Assembly: GCA_963580215.1 (NCBI GenBank)
Contig: CAUZJT010000005.1
Location: 4,746 to 68,745 of the forward strand
DNA from: Gammaproteobacteria bacterium
Lineage (GTDB): Bacteria > Pseudomonadota > Gammaproteobacteria > Arenicellales > UBA868
Direction: 5' to 3'
DNA: 64,000 nucleotides
Below are positions 19,874 through 31,002 of this stretch, piece after piece. The position numbers and the translations under genes are program-made. The notes under the pieces are model-generated. The model did not search any database, had not been told where the DNA came from, and saw nothing but the letters and a program-made list of their open reading frames with translations. The first letter of the stretch is position 1. Every line of letters begins with the position of its first letter.

Positions 19874-20851
19874 TCAGAGTGTGAGTACAATCTTGCCACA
19901 AACGGTACGCGCCTCGATTTGTTGAAGAGCATTGGCGGCCTGGGCCAGCGGCAGGACAGCATGCAGTTGCGGCTGTAAGGCGCCAGATGCAGTGAGTTCG
20001 AACAGTTGTTGGTGATTCTGATGGGCCTGGTCAGATTCTTTCTCGCAGAAATTTCCCCAAAATACGCCAACCACGCTATAGCCTTTGACCAGAGGCAGGT
20101 TCAGTGGCAGTTGCGGTATGTTGCCGCCGGCAAAGCCAATCACTAACCAGCGGCCTCGCCAGGCGACTGAACGACTAAGGGTGTCTGCGAGTTCGCCACC
20201 GACCGGGTCAAAAATAACGTCTGCACCGTTGCCGCCAGTCAGTGACCGTATTGTCCCGCGCAAGTCGTCCCCACTGGTGTTGATACCGGCATGGGCACCG
20301 TGCCGTTTCGCTACCTCTAATTTTTCCGGTGTCGAACAGGCCGCGATGACGTGCGCACCGAGGGCGCAGCCGATTTGCACGGCGGCAAGGCCGGTGCCGC
20401 CAGCCGCGCCAGTCACTAGGAGGGTTTCGCCGGCTTGTAATGACCCACGTTGAACGAGCGCATGGTAGGCTGTGCCATGTGCACATAACAGCCCTCCGGC
20501 TTGAGTGAATTCCAGGCTCGCAGGAAGCAGGTAAGCGTGGCTGGCCGGTACCACCACTGCCTGGGCATAAGTACCAAAGCGCGGGCTCATGGCTGCAACT
20601 CGGTCTCCTATCTCGAAACCAGATACGCCTTCGCCAAGTGCATCGATGGTGCCGGCACACTCGATACCGGGAACAAAAGGCAGATCCGGCTTGACCTGGT
20701 ATAACCCCCGAACCAGTAAGGCATCAGGAAAGTTCACACCCACTGCACTGATTTGCAGACGAATCTCACCTTGCCCAGGCGCGGGTTCGGGCAGATCGCG
20801 CAGCACCAGGTCGTCCACCGGACCGTAAGCCTCACAGACAATTGCCTTCAT
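19874..20851 (-). CDS. NADPH:quinone oxidoreductase family (MDR)
   Basis: GVNFPD..GLYQVKPDLPFVPG, VTGAAGGTG and IGFAGG; no zinc-cysteine cluster. Confidence 0.9.
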   Translation of the reverse strand: MKAIVCEAYGPVDDLVLRDLPEPAPGQGEIRLQISAVGVNFPDALLVRGLYQVKPDLPFVPGIECAGTIDALGEGVSGFEIGDRVAAMSPRFGTYAQAVVVPASHAYLLPASLEFTQAGGLLCAHGTAYHALVQRGSLQAGETLLVTGAAGGTGLAAVQIGCALGAHVIAACSTPEKLEVAKRHGAHAGINTSGDDLRGTIRSLTGGNGADVIFDPVGGELADTLSRSVAWRGRWLVIGFAGGNIPQLPLNLPLVKGYSVVGVFWGNFCEKESDQAHQNHQQLFELTASGALQPQLHAVLPLAQAANALQQIEARTVCGKIVLTL

Positions 20852-21900
20852 TATTCCTCCTGATTATTAATGACTTCCATACCCATCTGGGCGAGCTGCG
20901 ATGTGAGCTCACCTACTGCGATAGCTTTCTCACTCGAAGCGTTACCGTCGAGAGCGCGCTTCATGACTCCCTGGCAGATCGCCGCCAGACGAAAGAAACT
21001 GAAGGCGAGATAAAATCGCCAGTGATCGATCTGGCCGATGCTGCGGTTTTCGCAGTACTGCGCCACGATTTCGTGTTCACAAGGAATGCCCAGTGGCGCC
21101 GGATCGATACCAGCAAGACCCTGGATCTGCCCCGTGTTTGACATACGCAGACACATACAGAAATACGCAAGATCAGCGAATGGGTGGCCCAGTGTCGATA
21201 ACTCCCAGTCGATGACCGCCTGTATCCGGCCCTCACTAGGTGCGATAATCAGGTTGTCGAGACGGTAATCACCGTGAATCAGTGTGCTTTGGCCATCGTC
21301 AGGCGGGGTGTGGGGTTCTAACCAGGCAATCAATAATTCCATGGCGTCAATACGATCCGTCTCGCTGGCGCGGTATTGTCCGGTCCAGCGCGCGATCTGG
21401 CGCTCAAAATAATTTCCGGGCCGGCCAAAGTCAGCGAGCCCGATGGACGCTGGGTCCAGTGAGTGTAGTGCCGCAAGCACGGTGATCTCGTGTTGGTAAA
21501 GGGCGCTACGCTCTGGTGTCGTCAGTTCCGGTAGTGTTGGATCCCAGAAAATCCGACCATCTTCATAGCTCATGACAAAAAAGACCGAGCCGATAAGCTC
21601 CGGATCCTCGCACAAGCACCAGGTCTGTGGCACTGGCACAGTTGAGCCCTGGAGCGCTTGCATAACTCTGAACTCGCGTTCCACAGCGTGGGCAGATTTC
21701 AGTAGTTTTCCACTGGGTTTTCGGCGCAGCACATAAGTCCCGCCGGTGCTCTGCACACGATAGGTTGGGTTGGATTGCCCCCCGGTGAACTTATCGACAG
21801 ATTGCAGCAACCCGATGCCTGGTATCGTCGATTCGAGGTACCGGTTCAGGCGGGCAAAGTCTATATTTTCTTTGTTCATACTGACTTGGCGATCGGTCAC
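20851..21900 (-). CDS. Phosphotransferase (APH family; ACAD10/11 kinase-domain / LvaA-like)
   Basis: GGQSNPTY, LRRKP..LLKSAHAVERE, HGDYRLDN and IDWELSTLGHP. Confidence 0.9.
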   Translation of the reverse strand: MTDRQVSMNKENIDFARLNRYLESTIPGIGLLQSVDKFTGGQSNPTYRVQSTGGTYVLRRKPSGKLLKSAHAVEREFRVMQALQGSTVPVPQTWCLCEDPELIGSVFFVMSYEDGRIFWDPTLPELTTPERSALYQHEITVLAALHSLDPASIGLADFGRPGNYFERQIARWTGQYRASETDRIDAMELLIAWLEPHTPPDDGQSTLIHGDYRLDNLIIAPSEGRIQAVIDWELSTLGHPFADLAYFCMCLRMSNTGQIQGLAGIDPAPLGIPCEHEIVAQYCENRSIGQIDHWRFYLAFSFFRLAAICQGVMKRALDGNASSEKAIAVGELTSQLAQMGMEVINNQEE

Positions 21901-22051
21901 ACCTCATTGATTTAAAAATTGCTGGGCAAATTCGCAAAAGTGCATCTTTTCCCCAGGCGGGATGTATTTTCTTGTCGGCCAATGCGTGTGTTGACTCTAT
22001 ACGGAGTTAATAAATAGTGTCTGCCGACTCTTGACTTGCCGGCCTCCTAAG

Positions 22052-23860
22052 CTAGTTTGTTGCCGATGATTTTTCCAGTTGTTCTTTTTTTTGTTGTTGC
22101 CACATTTGTGCATATAAGCCTTTTTCGGCCAGCAACTGCGGGTGAGTACCTTGTTCGGTAATGCGGCCGTCGTCGAGTACCAGTATCTGGTCTGCACCAA
22201 CCACTGTGGACAGGCGGTGGGCGATAACCAGTGAGGTCCGCCCCTGTGACAGACGGGCCAGATTGTCTTGAATTTCACGCTCTGTGGTGCTGTCCAAAGA
22301 CGAGGTGGCCTCGTCGAAAAAGAAAATCTCTGGATCTCGCAATAGGGCGCGAGCGATTGCGACCCGCTGTTTTTCACCTCCCGATAGTTTCAGGCCGCGT
22401 TCACCGACAAGAGTCTGGTAGCCTGCCGGCAGGCTTTGGACGAAATCGTGCAATTGCGCCGCCCCGGCTGCTGCCAGTATGTGGTCGTCATCAGCCAGTG
22501 GATCTCCGTAAGCGATGTTGTAATAGAGGGTATCGTTAAATAAGACCGTATCCTGCGGCACGACGCCGATGACACGGCGTAGCGAGTGTTGGGTCAAGCT
22601 GCGGATATTCCGATTATCAATAAGAACTTGCCCAGAATCAGGATCATAAAAACGCAATAGCAAGCGGCTAATCGTAGATTTACCGGATCCGGTTGGCCCG
22701 ACAATCGCGGTCGTGCTGCCAGAGGCGGCAGTGAAGCTGACGTTGTGCAGAATGCGTCGGTCAGATTCGTAGCCGAAACTCACATTGCGAAACTCGACCG
22801 TACCGCTACTACAACGCAGGGATTCGGCATCGGGTGCATCGGCGACGTCAGTCGCCTCATCCATCAGTGAGAACAGGTTTTCCATATCGACCATGGCCTG
22901 CCGGATTTCCCGATACACCGTGCCCAGCATGTTCAGCGGAATCGCCAGTTGCATCAGGTAGGTATTCACCACTACGAAGTCGCCTACAGTCATCTCGCCA
23001 TCGCGTATATCCAGTGCGGCCAGTACCAGCATTGCGGTGACACCGATGGTAATCACCGCAGCCTGTGCGACGTTCAATAGTGACAGACTTTCCCGGGTGC
23101 GCACTGCGGCTTTCTCATAATCCGCCAGTGCCAGGTCGAGTCGGGTGGCTTCGTGTGCCTCGTTATTGAAGTAACGTACGGTCTCAAAGTTCAGCAGTGA
23201 ATCCACAGTACGGGTGCTGATGTCGTTGTCAGCATCGTTCATTTGCCGGCGAATACGGGTACGCCAGGCGGTTATAAAGAAAGTGAGCCATACGTAAACC
23301 GCGATAGTGATCACAGTAATTGCGGTATAGGCAAAACCGAACAATGCCCAGAGAATACCGCCGACCAGCAGCACCTCTATAAAGGTAGGTACGATATTAA
23401 AGGCCACAAAAGAAAGCAGAAACTGAATGCTATTGGTGCCTCGGTCGATGAAGCGGTTCAGTGCTCCAGTTTTGCGCGATAGGTGAAAGCGCATCGACAG
23501 CGTGTGCAGATGCTCAAAGACTTGTAGTGCCAGGGTGCGCACGGCGTTCTGGGCTACCCGAGCAAACAGGGCATCACGCAACTGGTTTAGCACCAGCACC
23601 GAGAGTCTAAAAGCACCATAAGCAAGAATCACAGCGAGTGGAATGCCAAACCACAACCCGTGTTGCTGGTCGAGGGCTCCCAACTGATCTACGGCATCAC
23701 CTAGCACCAACGGCACGTAGACATTGGCGGCTTTGGCCAGCATCAGGCTGAATAATGCAATAACCACCCGTGTTTTCAGGTCGGGGCGTTTTGCTGGCCA
23801 CAGGTAGGGCACTAGGGTAGCAAAGGTTCTTAGCGAATTAGATCGCTCGACTTCATCCAT
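22052..23860 (-). CDS. ATM1/ABCB7-like ABC exporter (permease + ATPase)
   Basis: DSLLNFETVRYFNNE, GPTGSGKST, VPQDTVLFNDT and GERGLKLSGGEKQRV. Confidence 0.92.
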   Translation of the reverse strand: MDEVERSNSLRTFATLVPYLWPAKRPDLKTRVVIALFSLMLAKAANVYVPLVLGDAVDQLGALDQQHGLWFGIPLAVILAYGAFRLSVLVLNQLRDALFARVAQNAVRTLALQVFEHLHTLSMRFHLSRKTGALNRFIDRGTNSIQFLLSFVAFNIVPTFIEVLLVGGILWALFGFAYTAITVITIAVYVWLTFFITAWRTRIRRQMNDADNDISTRTVDSLLNFETVRYFNNEAHEATRLDLALADYEKAAVRTRESLSLLNVAQAAVITIGVTAMLVLAALDIRDGEMTVGDFVVVNTYLMQLAIPLNMLGTVYREIRQAMVDMENLFSLMDEATDVADAPDAESLRCSSGTVEFRNVSFGYESDRRILHNVSFTAASGSTTAIVGPTGSGKSTISRLLLRFYDPDSGQVLIDNRNIRSLTQHSLRRVIGVVPQDTVLFNDTLYYNIAYGDPLADDDHILAAAGAAQLHDFVQSLPAGYQTLVGERGLKLSGGEKQRVAIARALLRDPEIFFFDEATSSLDSTTEREIQDNLARLSQGRTSLVIAHRLSTVVGADQILVLDDGRITEQGTHPQLLAEKGLYAQMWQQQKKEQLEKSSATN

Positions 23861-23932
23861 AAACGGAGTAACAACAGTAGGTGGCGCACTTTTGTGCTTT
23901 GGTGGAGGCGACCCTCGCCGGTACAGCAGTCT

Positions 23933-24934
23933 TCAGGACATGGGTTGCCATGCCAGTGCCGGTTCATCCATCAGGGCAGCTTGCTCGCGCAAATCCAGGA
24001 TATGCTGTTCCCAGGACCGCGGCGTATTAAACCACGAGAAGACCCTTGGGAAGGCTGGATCCTCCCAGCGTTGGGCGATCCAGGCGTAATAGTGCATCAG
24101 GCGCAGGGTGCGCAGCGCCTCTATCAGGTTTAACTGTGCCGGATCAAAATCTGCAAAGGCGGTATAACCTTCCAACAGAACGCCAAGACTTATCTCCCTT
24201 TCTTCTCGCTCGCCGGACAGAAACATCCAAAGGTCCTGTACCGCTGGCGCCATGCGTGAATCATCGAGGTCCACCAGGTGTGGACCATCATCAGTCCAGA
24301 GGATATTGCCGCTATGACAGTCGCCATGGGTTCGGATGAGCTTGATCTCAGGGCAGCGTTCATAACACCACTGTATCCGTTGCAGTAGATCTTGGCTCAG
24401 AGATTCGTATGCTGTTATCAACTCATCTGGAATAAACTTGTTCTTAAGAAGAAATTCGACACAACTTGAACCAAAGGTTGCTGCGTCCAGTGTGGGTCGA
24501 TGCTGATAGGCTGTCTCGCTGCCAACCGCATGCAATCGCCCGATAAAACGACCCAGTTGGCGTAACTGATCGGGGCTCTCAAAATTCGGTGGCCGACCGC
24601 CATAGCACTCAAACAGTGCAAAACGATAACTCTTGTGTCTGAACAGGGTCTCACCTTTGGAATTGGCCAGTGGTGGGATCAGCGCGATCTCCCGCTTGGC
24701 CAGCTCAAGAGCAAAATGATGTTCCTCGTAAATCGCCGCATCACTCCAGCGGCCGGGTCGGTAAAATTTAACGACGATAGTTTTGTCGTCATCCAGGCCA
24801 ACTCGGTAGACCCGGTTTTCGTAACTGTTCATGACTAACAACCGCCCATCGCTGTAATAGCCCTGACTGTCTACCGCCTCAAGGATTTCAGCGGGGCCCA
24901 GGTTCTGGTAATCGTTAGTGACGTGGTCGTTCAT
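23933..24934 (-). CDS. srkA: Stress response kinase A (SrkA/RdoA/YihE)
   Basis: NSYENRVY, KFYRPGRWS, HGDCHSGNIL, VDLDD and RWEDPAFP. Confidence 0.92.
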   Translation of the reverse strand: MNDHVTNDYQNLGPAEILEAVDSQGYYSDGRLLVMNSYENRVYRVGLDDDKTIVVKFYRPGRWSDAAIYEEHHFALELAKREIALIPPLANSKGETLFRHKSYRFALFECYGGRPPNFESPDQLRQLGRFIGRLHAVGSETAYQHRPTLDAATFGSSCVEFLLKNKFIPDELITAYESLSQDLLQRIQWCYERCPEIKLIRTHGDCHSGNILWTDDGPHLVDLDDSRMAPAVQDLWMFLSGEREEREISLGVLLEGYTAFADFDPAQLNLIEALRTLRLMHYYAWIAQRWEDPAFPRVFSWFNTPRSWEQHILDLREQAALMDEPALAWQPMS

Positions 24935-26223
24935 GGCAGCGTCTGGCGACCCTTATCGACGCGACTTATCGTTGGCCGCGTGCGAAGAGCACCTATCATC
25001 AGTAGATTTCCTAAGATCGCGTAGCCGCCGAAACTCATACAGATCCAGTATATCGATATGCCGGCGTCCATCAGCATGCCCATGCTAACCGGTCCAAGTG
25101 CCGAGGCCAGTACCATGAGCGCCATGTACAGACTTTTGATCGCCCCCAAGTGTTTAACGCCATAGAGTTCAGCCCACAGTGCCGATACTGAAGTGTGTGC
25201 AAGGCCGGTATGGATGCCCAGCATCATCATATAGGGGATGACGCCCAGGGGGTGGCTCACTGAAGCCAGAATAAAGCATCCTACCGCCAGCGGTATCAGC
25301 ATGACTTGCACCACATTGACGGCACGCAAGCGGTCAACCAATGGGCCCGCCAGCAGCATGGTCACGATTCCGGCTGCCGCAAAGATCGTGTAAGCGCCCG
25401 TAATCCATTCGCCAGACCACCCTTTGACATGGGCAATATTGAGGTGGTGAAAGAAAAGCGCCGTCGCGATCAGAGAAGACGACAGAATTCCCGGGGTCAT
25501 GAGGTAGAACCGCGGGTCACGCAGGACATCAGCACGGGTCCAAGAGGCAGTCGCTTTTTCCCGGGAATCTGTCTTGGCAGATAATTTGTCCAGGTGCCTT
25601 TGATGAAAACGGTCGTGGCCGCCCAAGAGCCACAGGGTTGCCGGTATCAGTGTTATACCGGCGAGTATCGCAGCCCCGGCGTAGGTCCAGCGCCAGCCGA
25701 ACGCCGCGATTGTGAGGACGGCAAGGAATGGCAGTGCAGCTTCACCTACGGTGTAGCCCAGCGAGGCGACCGCAATCGCCCGACCTCGGTCTCGATCAAA
25801 ATAACGAGCCATACTGGTGATGGAAACGTGCGATGCCAGCCCTTGCCCCGAATGGCGCAGCAAAAAGATACCCAGTACCAGCGCGACGGGGCCTGGCACC
25901 AAAGCCATATACGCGCAGGCACCCACCAGCAGTATGCAGACGGTCAACGCGTAGCGAGACAGGCGAAAGCGGTCGATTAACCCGCCGGTAAATGGCATCA
26001 TCAGGGCGCTCGCCAGTGTCCCGGCCATGTAGATGCCGCCCCACGCGGTATGACTGAGACCGAACTCACTTTGGATCTGTGGGCCGAATACACCAATAAA
26101 GTAGGTCTGGCCAAAACTCGAGTACAACGCCATTAAAAAGCTGAAAACCACCAGGCGGCTATTAGTATGAAAGAGTTGTCGGTAGGCGAAGATCGGCATC
26201 GGTTGAGTCAACTTATGTGTCAA
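24931..26223 (-). CDS. MFS transporter
   Basis: About 12 hydrophobic segments; SSFGQTYFI and GGLIDRF motifs. Confidence 0.88.
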   Translation of the reverse strand: MTHKLTQPMPIFAYRQLFHTNSRLVVFSFLMALYSSFGQTYFIGVFGPQIQSEFGLSHTAWGGIYMAGTLASALMMPFTGGLIDRFRLSRYALTVCILLVGACAYMALVPGPVALVLGIFLLRHSGQGLASHVSITSMARYFDRDRGRAIAVASLGYTVGEAALPFLAVLTIAAFGWRWTYAGAAILAGITLIPATLWLLGGHDRFHQRHLDKLSAKTDSREKATASWTRADVLRDPRFYLMTPGILSSSLIATALFFHHLNIAHVKGWSGEWITGAYTIFAAAGIVTMLLAGPLVDRLRAVNVVQVMLIPLAVGCFILASVSHPLGVIPYMMMLGIHTGLAHTSVSALWAELYGVKHLGAIKSLYMALMVLASALGPVSMGMLMDAGISIYWICMSFGGYAILGNLLMIGALRTRPTISRVDKGRQTLP

Positions 26224-26489
26224 AAAGGAAGAACCGTTTGTTTTTGCACTTGCAACGCTGAGCCAAGATTATTCAGTCGTACAATCATGGCGAACTACTC
26301 CTTGCGCAAACGGGCGATAGTACAGAGTCTATCCAAGAAAGAAAGGCGCCACTGTCAGTGGTCGCCGATTGTTTATCTCAGAATCCTGGTTTGAGGCATG
26401 GAATGCCCTTGGCTATCAGTTATCGCTGTGATCGCATGAATCACCCGCTGGTCAATTCAGCGGATAGCGACATGGGGCGGTCGCCCCTC

Positions 26490-26502
26490 TATAATGCGCC
26501 AC
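26490..26502 (+). promoter_or_regulatory. Putative -10 box with GC-rich discriminator upstream of typA
   Basis: TATAAT at 26490-95 followed by GCGCCAC; no clear -35. Confidence 0.4.
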
Positions 26503-26540
26503 CGCACCGATTGGTGCGTATTTCTTCAGGAAAAATCCAG

Positions 26541-28367
26541 ATGCACCCTTCGATTGATACCTTGCGTAATATTGCCATCATTGCCCATGTTGACCATGGC
26601 AAGACCACTCTGGTAGATCAACTGCTTCGCCAGTCGGGCACTTTGGTCTCGCACGGTGAGATGACTGATCGGGTGATGGATTCGAACGAGCTCGAACGCG
26701 AGCGGGGCATCACCATCCTGGCGAAAAATACAGCCATCACCTGGCAGAAGTGGCGTATCAATATTGTGGATACTCCAGGCCATGCCGATTTTGGTGGCGA
26801 GGTCGAGCGCGTATTATCGATGGTCGATTCGGTATTATTGTTGGTCGATGCAGTAGAGGGCCCCATGCCGCAGACACGCTTTGTTACCCAGAAAGCCCTG
26901 AGTCACGGGCTTTGCCCGATTGTTGTGATCAATAAGGTTGATCGCCCAGGCAGCCGTTCTGACTGGGCGGTAGATCAGACATTTGAGCTGTTCGATAGGC
27001 TGGGCGCATCGGATGAGCAACTCGACTTTCCGGTGATTTATGCCTCGGCACTACAGGGTTGGGCAGCAAAAGAGCCTGATCCGGGCACGACCGATGATAT
27101 GCAGGTCTTGTTCGAGGCCATTGTGACGCATGTCCCAGTCCCTCCAGTGAGTTCTGACGGTCCCTTCCAGATGCAGATAAGTGCTCTGGATTATTCCCCC
27201 TACGTAGGGGTGATTGGTATCGGACGCATCCAGCGTGGCCAGATCTTTCGTAACGGCGCTGTATCTGTCTCCGCACCCAATGGGGATATTCGTAAGGGGC
27301 GGGTATTGCAGATTCTGAGTTTTCAAGGGCTTGAGAGAGTGGAGTCTGAAAACGCACTGGCGGGCGATATCATTGCGGTCACTGGCCTTGATCCACTGAG
27401 TATCTCAGACACGCTGTGTGACCCGAATATGGTTGAACCGCTGCCCGCGTTGAGTGTGGACCGGCCAACGCTCAGCATGACATTTCAGGTGAATGACTCG
27501 CCTTTCGCTGGCCGCGAGGGCAAGTTTGTCACCAGTCGAAATCTCAAGGACCGTCTTGAGCGGGAGTTGATTCACAACGTCGCTTTGCAGGTAGAGCCCA
27601 TGGAGGACCTTGACAAGTTCCGGGTTTCTGGCCGGGGTGAATTGCACTTATCGATTCTGATAGAAAACATGCGCCGTGAGGGATACGAGCTTGCCATCTC
27701 GCGTCCTGAGGTGATCATGCGTGAGGAAGAGGGCGAAGTGCACGAACCTTTTGAAACCCTCGCAGTGGATGTTGAGGAGGATTACCAGGGTCGCGTCATG
27801 GAGCGCCTTGGAGAACGCCGCGCCGAACTGCGTGATATTGTTCCCGACGGGCGTGGCCGAGTGCGGATCGACTACTTTGTGCCAAGCCGCGGGCTGATTG
27901 GCTTTCGCTCAGAATTTTTGACGGTCAGTTCAGGCACGGGTCTGATGTACCATGCCTTTGATCACTACGCGCCCAGAATTCAGGGCAACCTCGGCGAACG
28001 CAACAACGGTGTACTGGTATCGATGTCTAAGGGCAAGGCGCTTGCCTATGCGTTATTCAACCTTCAGGAAAGAGGGCGGCTGTTTGTTGGCCACGGGACC
28101 GAGGTATACGAGGGTATGGTGATCGGCATCCACTCCCGTGACAACGACCTGGTCGTGAACCCTCTGAAAGCCAAGCAGTTAACCAACATCCGGGCTGCTG
28201 GCACTGACGAGAACATTCTGCTGACCACGCCGGTTGCCACGACTTTGGAATATGCTCTGGAGTTTATCAATGAAGATGAGTTGGTCGAGGTTACGCCTAA
28301 GTCCATCCGTATCCGCAAGAAATGGCTGCGAGAACACGAGAGAAAACGTGCCAGCCGGGCGGCCTGA
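26541..28367 (+). CDS. typA: Translational GTPase TypA/BipA
   Basis: [36 protein letters not shown] and GRGELHL; start at ATG 26541. Confidence 0.97.
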   Translation: MHPSIDTLRNIAIIAHVDHGKTTLVDQLLRQSGTLVSHGEMTDRVMDSNELERERGITILAKNTAITWQKWRINIVDTPGHADFGGEVERVLSMVDSVLLLVDAVEGPMPQTRFVTQKALSHGLCPIVVINKVDRPGSRSDWAVDQTFELFDRLGASDEQLDFPVIYASALQGWAAKEPDPGTTDDMQVLFEAIVTHVPVPPVSSDGPFQMQISALDYSPYVGVIGIGRIQRGQIFRNGAVSVSAPNGDIRKGRVLQILSFQGLERVESENALAGDIIAVTGLDPLSISDTLCDPNMVEPLPALSVDRPTLSMTFQVNDSPFAGREGKFVTSRNLKDRLERELIHNVALQVEPMEDLDKFRVSGRGELHLSILIENMRREGYELAISRPEVIMREEEGEVHEPFETLAVDVEEDYQGRVMERLGERRAELRDIVPDGRGRVRIDYFVPSRGLIGFRSEFLTVSSGTGLMYHAFDHYAPRIQGNLGERNNGVLVSMSKGKALAYALFNLQERGRLFVGHGTEVYEGMVIGIHSRDNDLVVNPLKAKQLTNIRAAGTDENILLTTPVATTLEYALEFINEDELVEVTPKSIRIRKKWLREHERKRASRAA

Positions 28368-28431
28368 CTGGCTTTTTCTTAGCAAGTTTTGCTCAGATTT
28401 TCTTGGCTTAAGTAGATAGGATCACTGGCAG

Positions 28432-29748
28432 ATGAATGCGCCAACCGTGGGTTTTGTAAGCCTGGGCTGTGCCAAAGCAACGGTAGATTCTGAGCGTATC
28501 CTGACCCAGTTGAAGGCCGAGGGCTATGGGTTTTCAGCTAACTATGAGCATGCCGATCTCGTTGTAGTTAACACCTGTGGTTTTATTGAGTCTGCTGTTG
28601 ATGAATCACTGGACGTGATTTCCCAAGCGCTGGGCGCGAACGGGCGAGTCATTGTGACTGGCTGTCTTGGGGTAAAAGCCGACCTACTGAAAAAGAAATT
28701 TCCAAATCTGCTGGCGATCACCGGGCCACAGGATTGTGATGCAGTTATGGCTGCTGTCCATGCTGAGGCTCCGCCGGTGCACGAGCCTTTTTATCATCTG
28801 TTACCGCCCGGTGGGGTTAAGTTGACTCCACGTCATTATGCTTACCTGAAGATTGCCGAAGGCTGCAATCACAAGTGTACTTTTTGCATCATTCCAACAA
28901 TGCGTGGTCGACTGGCCAGTCGACCACCCAGCGACGTTCTGGGCGAAGCCAAAAGTCTGGTAGACGCCGGCGTGCGCGAACTGCTGGTCGTTTCGCAGGA
29001 CACCAGCGCATATGGTGTGGATCAACGTGGTCGCGCAGATCTGGCGACCGGGCGGGCCTTGCGCCCGCATATCACTGACCTCGCCCAGGCTCTGGGGGAG
29101 CTCGGGGTTTGGATTCGCTTGCACTATGTTTATCCCTATCCTCACGTGGACGAACTGGTGGAATTGATGGCATCGGGCATTATCCTGCCTTATCTTGATG
29201 TACCGTTTCAGCATGCCAGCCCGAGGATTTTGCGCTTAATGAAACGCCCGGCTAGTGGAGAAGACAATCTTGCGCGGGTTAATGCTTGGCGCGAACGTTG
29301 TCCGTCGCTGGCAATCCGTAGCACGTTTATCGTCGGCTTTCCTGGGGAAACGGATACTGATTTTCAGGAGCTTTTGAACTTTTTACGCCAGGCCCAACTC
29401 GACCGGGTCGGGTGTTTTATTTATTCACCCGTTACTGGCGCTCGGGCTAATGATTTGCCGGAGCCGGTGGATTCAGGGCTGGCCCAGGCCCGGTTCGATG
29501 AGTTAATGGAAGTGCAGGCTGAGATTTCCCATACCCGGCTACGCCAGCGAGTGGGCCGGGAATGCATGGTGTTGATCGATGAGGTCACCGAAGCGGGCGC
29601 AGTTGGTCGAAGCGCCAGCGAGTCTCCAGATGTGGATGGGGTCATCCACCTGCCTGGTACAACGGGGATACAGCCGGGTGATTTGGTTAAAGTAGAGATT
29701 ACTGCATGCGATACGCATGACCTCACAGCAAGTTTGATTGAGCTTTAG
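28432..29748 (+). CDS. rimO: Ribosomal protein S12 methylthiotransferase
   Basis: [19 protein letters not shown], radical SAM motif [13 protein letters not shown] and a C-terminal TRAM domain. Confidence 0.96.
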   Translation: MNAPTVGFVSLGCAKATVDSERILTQLKAEGYGFSANYEHADLVVVNTCGFIESAVDESLDVISQALGANGRVIVTGCLGVKADLLKKKFPNLLAITGPQDCDAVMAAVHAEAPPVHEPFYHLLPPGGVKLTPRHYAYLKIAEGCNHKCTFCIIPTMRGRLASRPPSDVLGEAKSLVDAGVRELLVVSQDTSAYGVDQRGRADLATGRALRPHITDLAQALGELGVWIRLHYVYPYPHVDELVELMASGIILPYLDVPFQHASPRILRLMKRPASGEDNLARVNAWRERCPSLAIRSTFIVGFPGETDTDFQELLNFLRQAQLDRVGCFIYSPVTGARANDLPEPVDSGLAQARFDELMEVQAEISHTRLRQRVGRECMVLIDEVTEAGAVGRSASESPDVDGVIHLPGTTGIQPGDLVKVEITACDTHDLTASLIEL

Positions 29749-29768
29749 CTTTTGGACGATACCGGGTC

Positions 29769-30049
29769 ATGAAAGTCGCTCATCTTGGACATGTGGTTTT
29801 TTATGTCGAAAGCCTTGAGCGTTCACTGGCTTTTTACCGTGACTTGCTCGGGATGAGCGAGATTCGCGCCACGAACCGATTGATGCCGGCGTAACTATCA
29901 AGGGTGCTTCCGACCATGGGATAACCCAGAGTCTCTATCTGCTTGATCCCGATGGTAACGAGATCGAGATATACGTCGATGATCTCAGTGTGAACTGGCG
30001 GGCCGACCCCACAACTATTGTGGCACCAATCCGACCCCTTGATCTGTAA
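29769..30049 (+). pseudogene. VOC/glyoxalase family gene with internal deletion and frameshift
   Basis: One frame reads MKVAHLGHVVFYVESLERSLAFYRDLLGM. Another continues DAGVTIKGASDHGITQSLYLLDPDGNEIEIYVD...PLDL*. The middle of the fold is missing. Confidence 0.85.
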
Positions 30050-30221
30050 ACCGTACAACCCAGAAAACCACGCGCCCACCGGGTAGTGCATTTCCGGATC
30101 CTTCGAGCTGATCGCCGTCGGAGCGAGGTGAAAGTAGCGAACTCTTTTGGTAGGTTATTTAGTTGCTTTAATTACTTTTTTATTCCATTATCTTCCTATT
30201 TATCGTAAATAAAACATTTAT

Positions 30222-30941
30222 ATGCAGGAAATATACAGTTCTCTCCAGATAGCTTTCGTGATGATTGGGAGCTTTGATCCTGACCTGGTCGAGATCGTGA
30301 TGCTATCGCTGGTAGTCAGTTTGACGGCCGTGGTGATCTCGCTGGTTCTTGGCCTGCCCTTAGGGGCAGCGATCGCGATGAGCCACTTTCGGGGCCGCGG
30401 TGCCCTAATCGTGTTCAGTAATGCTCTGATGGGGTTACCCCCGGTGGTTGTCGGCCTGCTGGTATATCTTGCATTGTCGCGCTCAGGCCCTTTGGGTGTG
30501 TTTAACCTTCTGTATACCCCTTGGGCGATGATCATCGCCCAGGCTGTTTTAGTCACGCCCCTTGTGACCGCTTTGACCCGTGAAATCATCGAGCAGTTAG
30601 ATAGTGAATACGCCGAGTATCTTAGCTCGCTCGCAATCAGCGCTCCGGGACGGCTACGCACATTGTTATGGGATGGGCGTTTTAATCTGGCAACAGTCAG
30701 CCTTGCTGGGTTCGGCCGCGCCATCGCTGAGGTCGGCGCCGTCATGGTGGTAGGCGGGAATATTGACCATCTAACCCGGGTAATGACCACAGCGATTGCG
30801 CTTGAGACCTCCAAGGGCAATCTTGAGCTAGCCCTGGCCCTGGGTGTTGTTCTGATGTTGCTGGCGCTCGGGGTTAACTTAGTGATTGCCTTGGTCCGCC
30901 CGGTCGATGCAGCGAAGCAACGCCGGCCAGTCTTTCGTTGA
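30222..30941 (+). CDS. tupB: Tungstate ABC transporter permease
   Basis: MGLPPVVVGL, LSRSGPLG, GFGRAIAEVGAVMVVGGNI and TRVMTTAIALET. Confidence 0.9.
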   Translation: MQEIYSSLQIAFVMIGSFDPDLVEIVMLSLVVSLTAVVISLVLGLPLGAAIAMSHFRGRGALIVFSNALMGLPPVVVGLLVYLALSRSGPLGVFNLLYTPWAMIIAQAVLVTPLVTALTREIIEQLDSEYAEYLSSLAISAPGRLRTLLWDGRFNLATVSLAGFGRAIAEVGAVMVVGGNIDHLTRVMTTAIALETSKGNLELALALGVVLMLLALGVNLVIALVRPVDAAKQRRPVFR

Positions 30942-31002
30942 TAGTGGTGCCGGCATTAACTGGTTTTGTAGTCGGTGTTATCGGATTAGTCAGAGGATGC
31001 TG

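Noticed and set aside
23900-23910. 11-bp match (TGGTGGAGGCG) to the ssrA 3' end at 63920-63930, as a possible att site of a 40-kb island
   Set aside because: The match is short, and the intervening DNA is full of core genes (typA, rimO, prfC, ttcA, pdxH) with no integrase; probably chance.
26358-26540. N-terminal extensions in the ORF track (typA, Rieske, glnK, ttcA, rhodanese, msrB, cupin)
   Set aside because: Family homology begins at downstream starts, often supported by an RBS or stop/start overlaps; the extensions look spurious.
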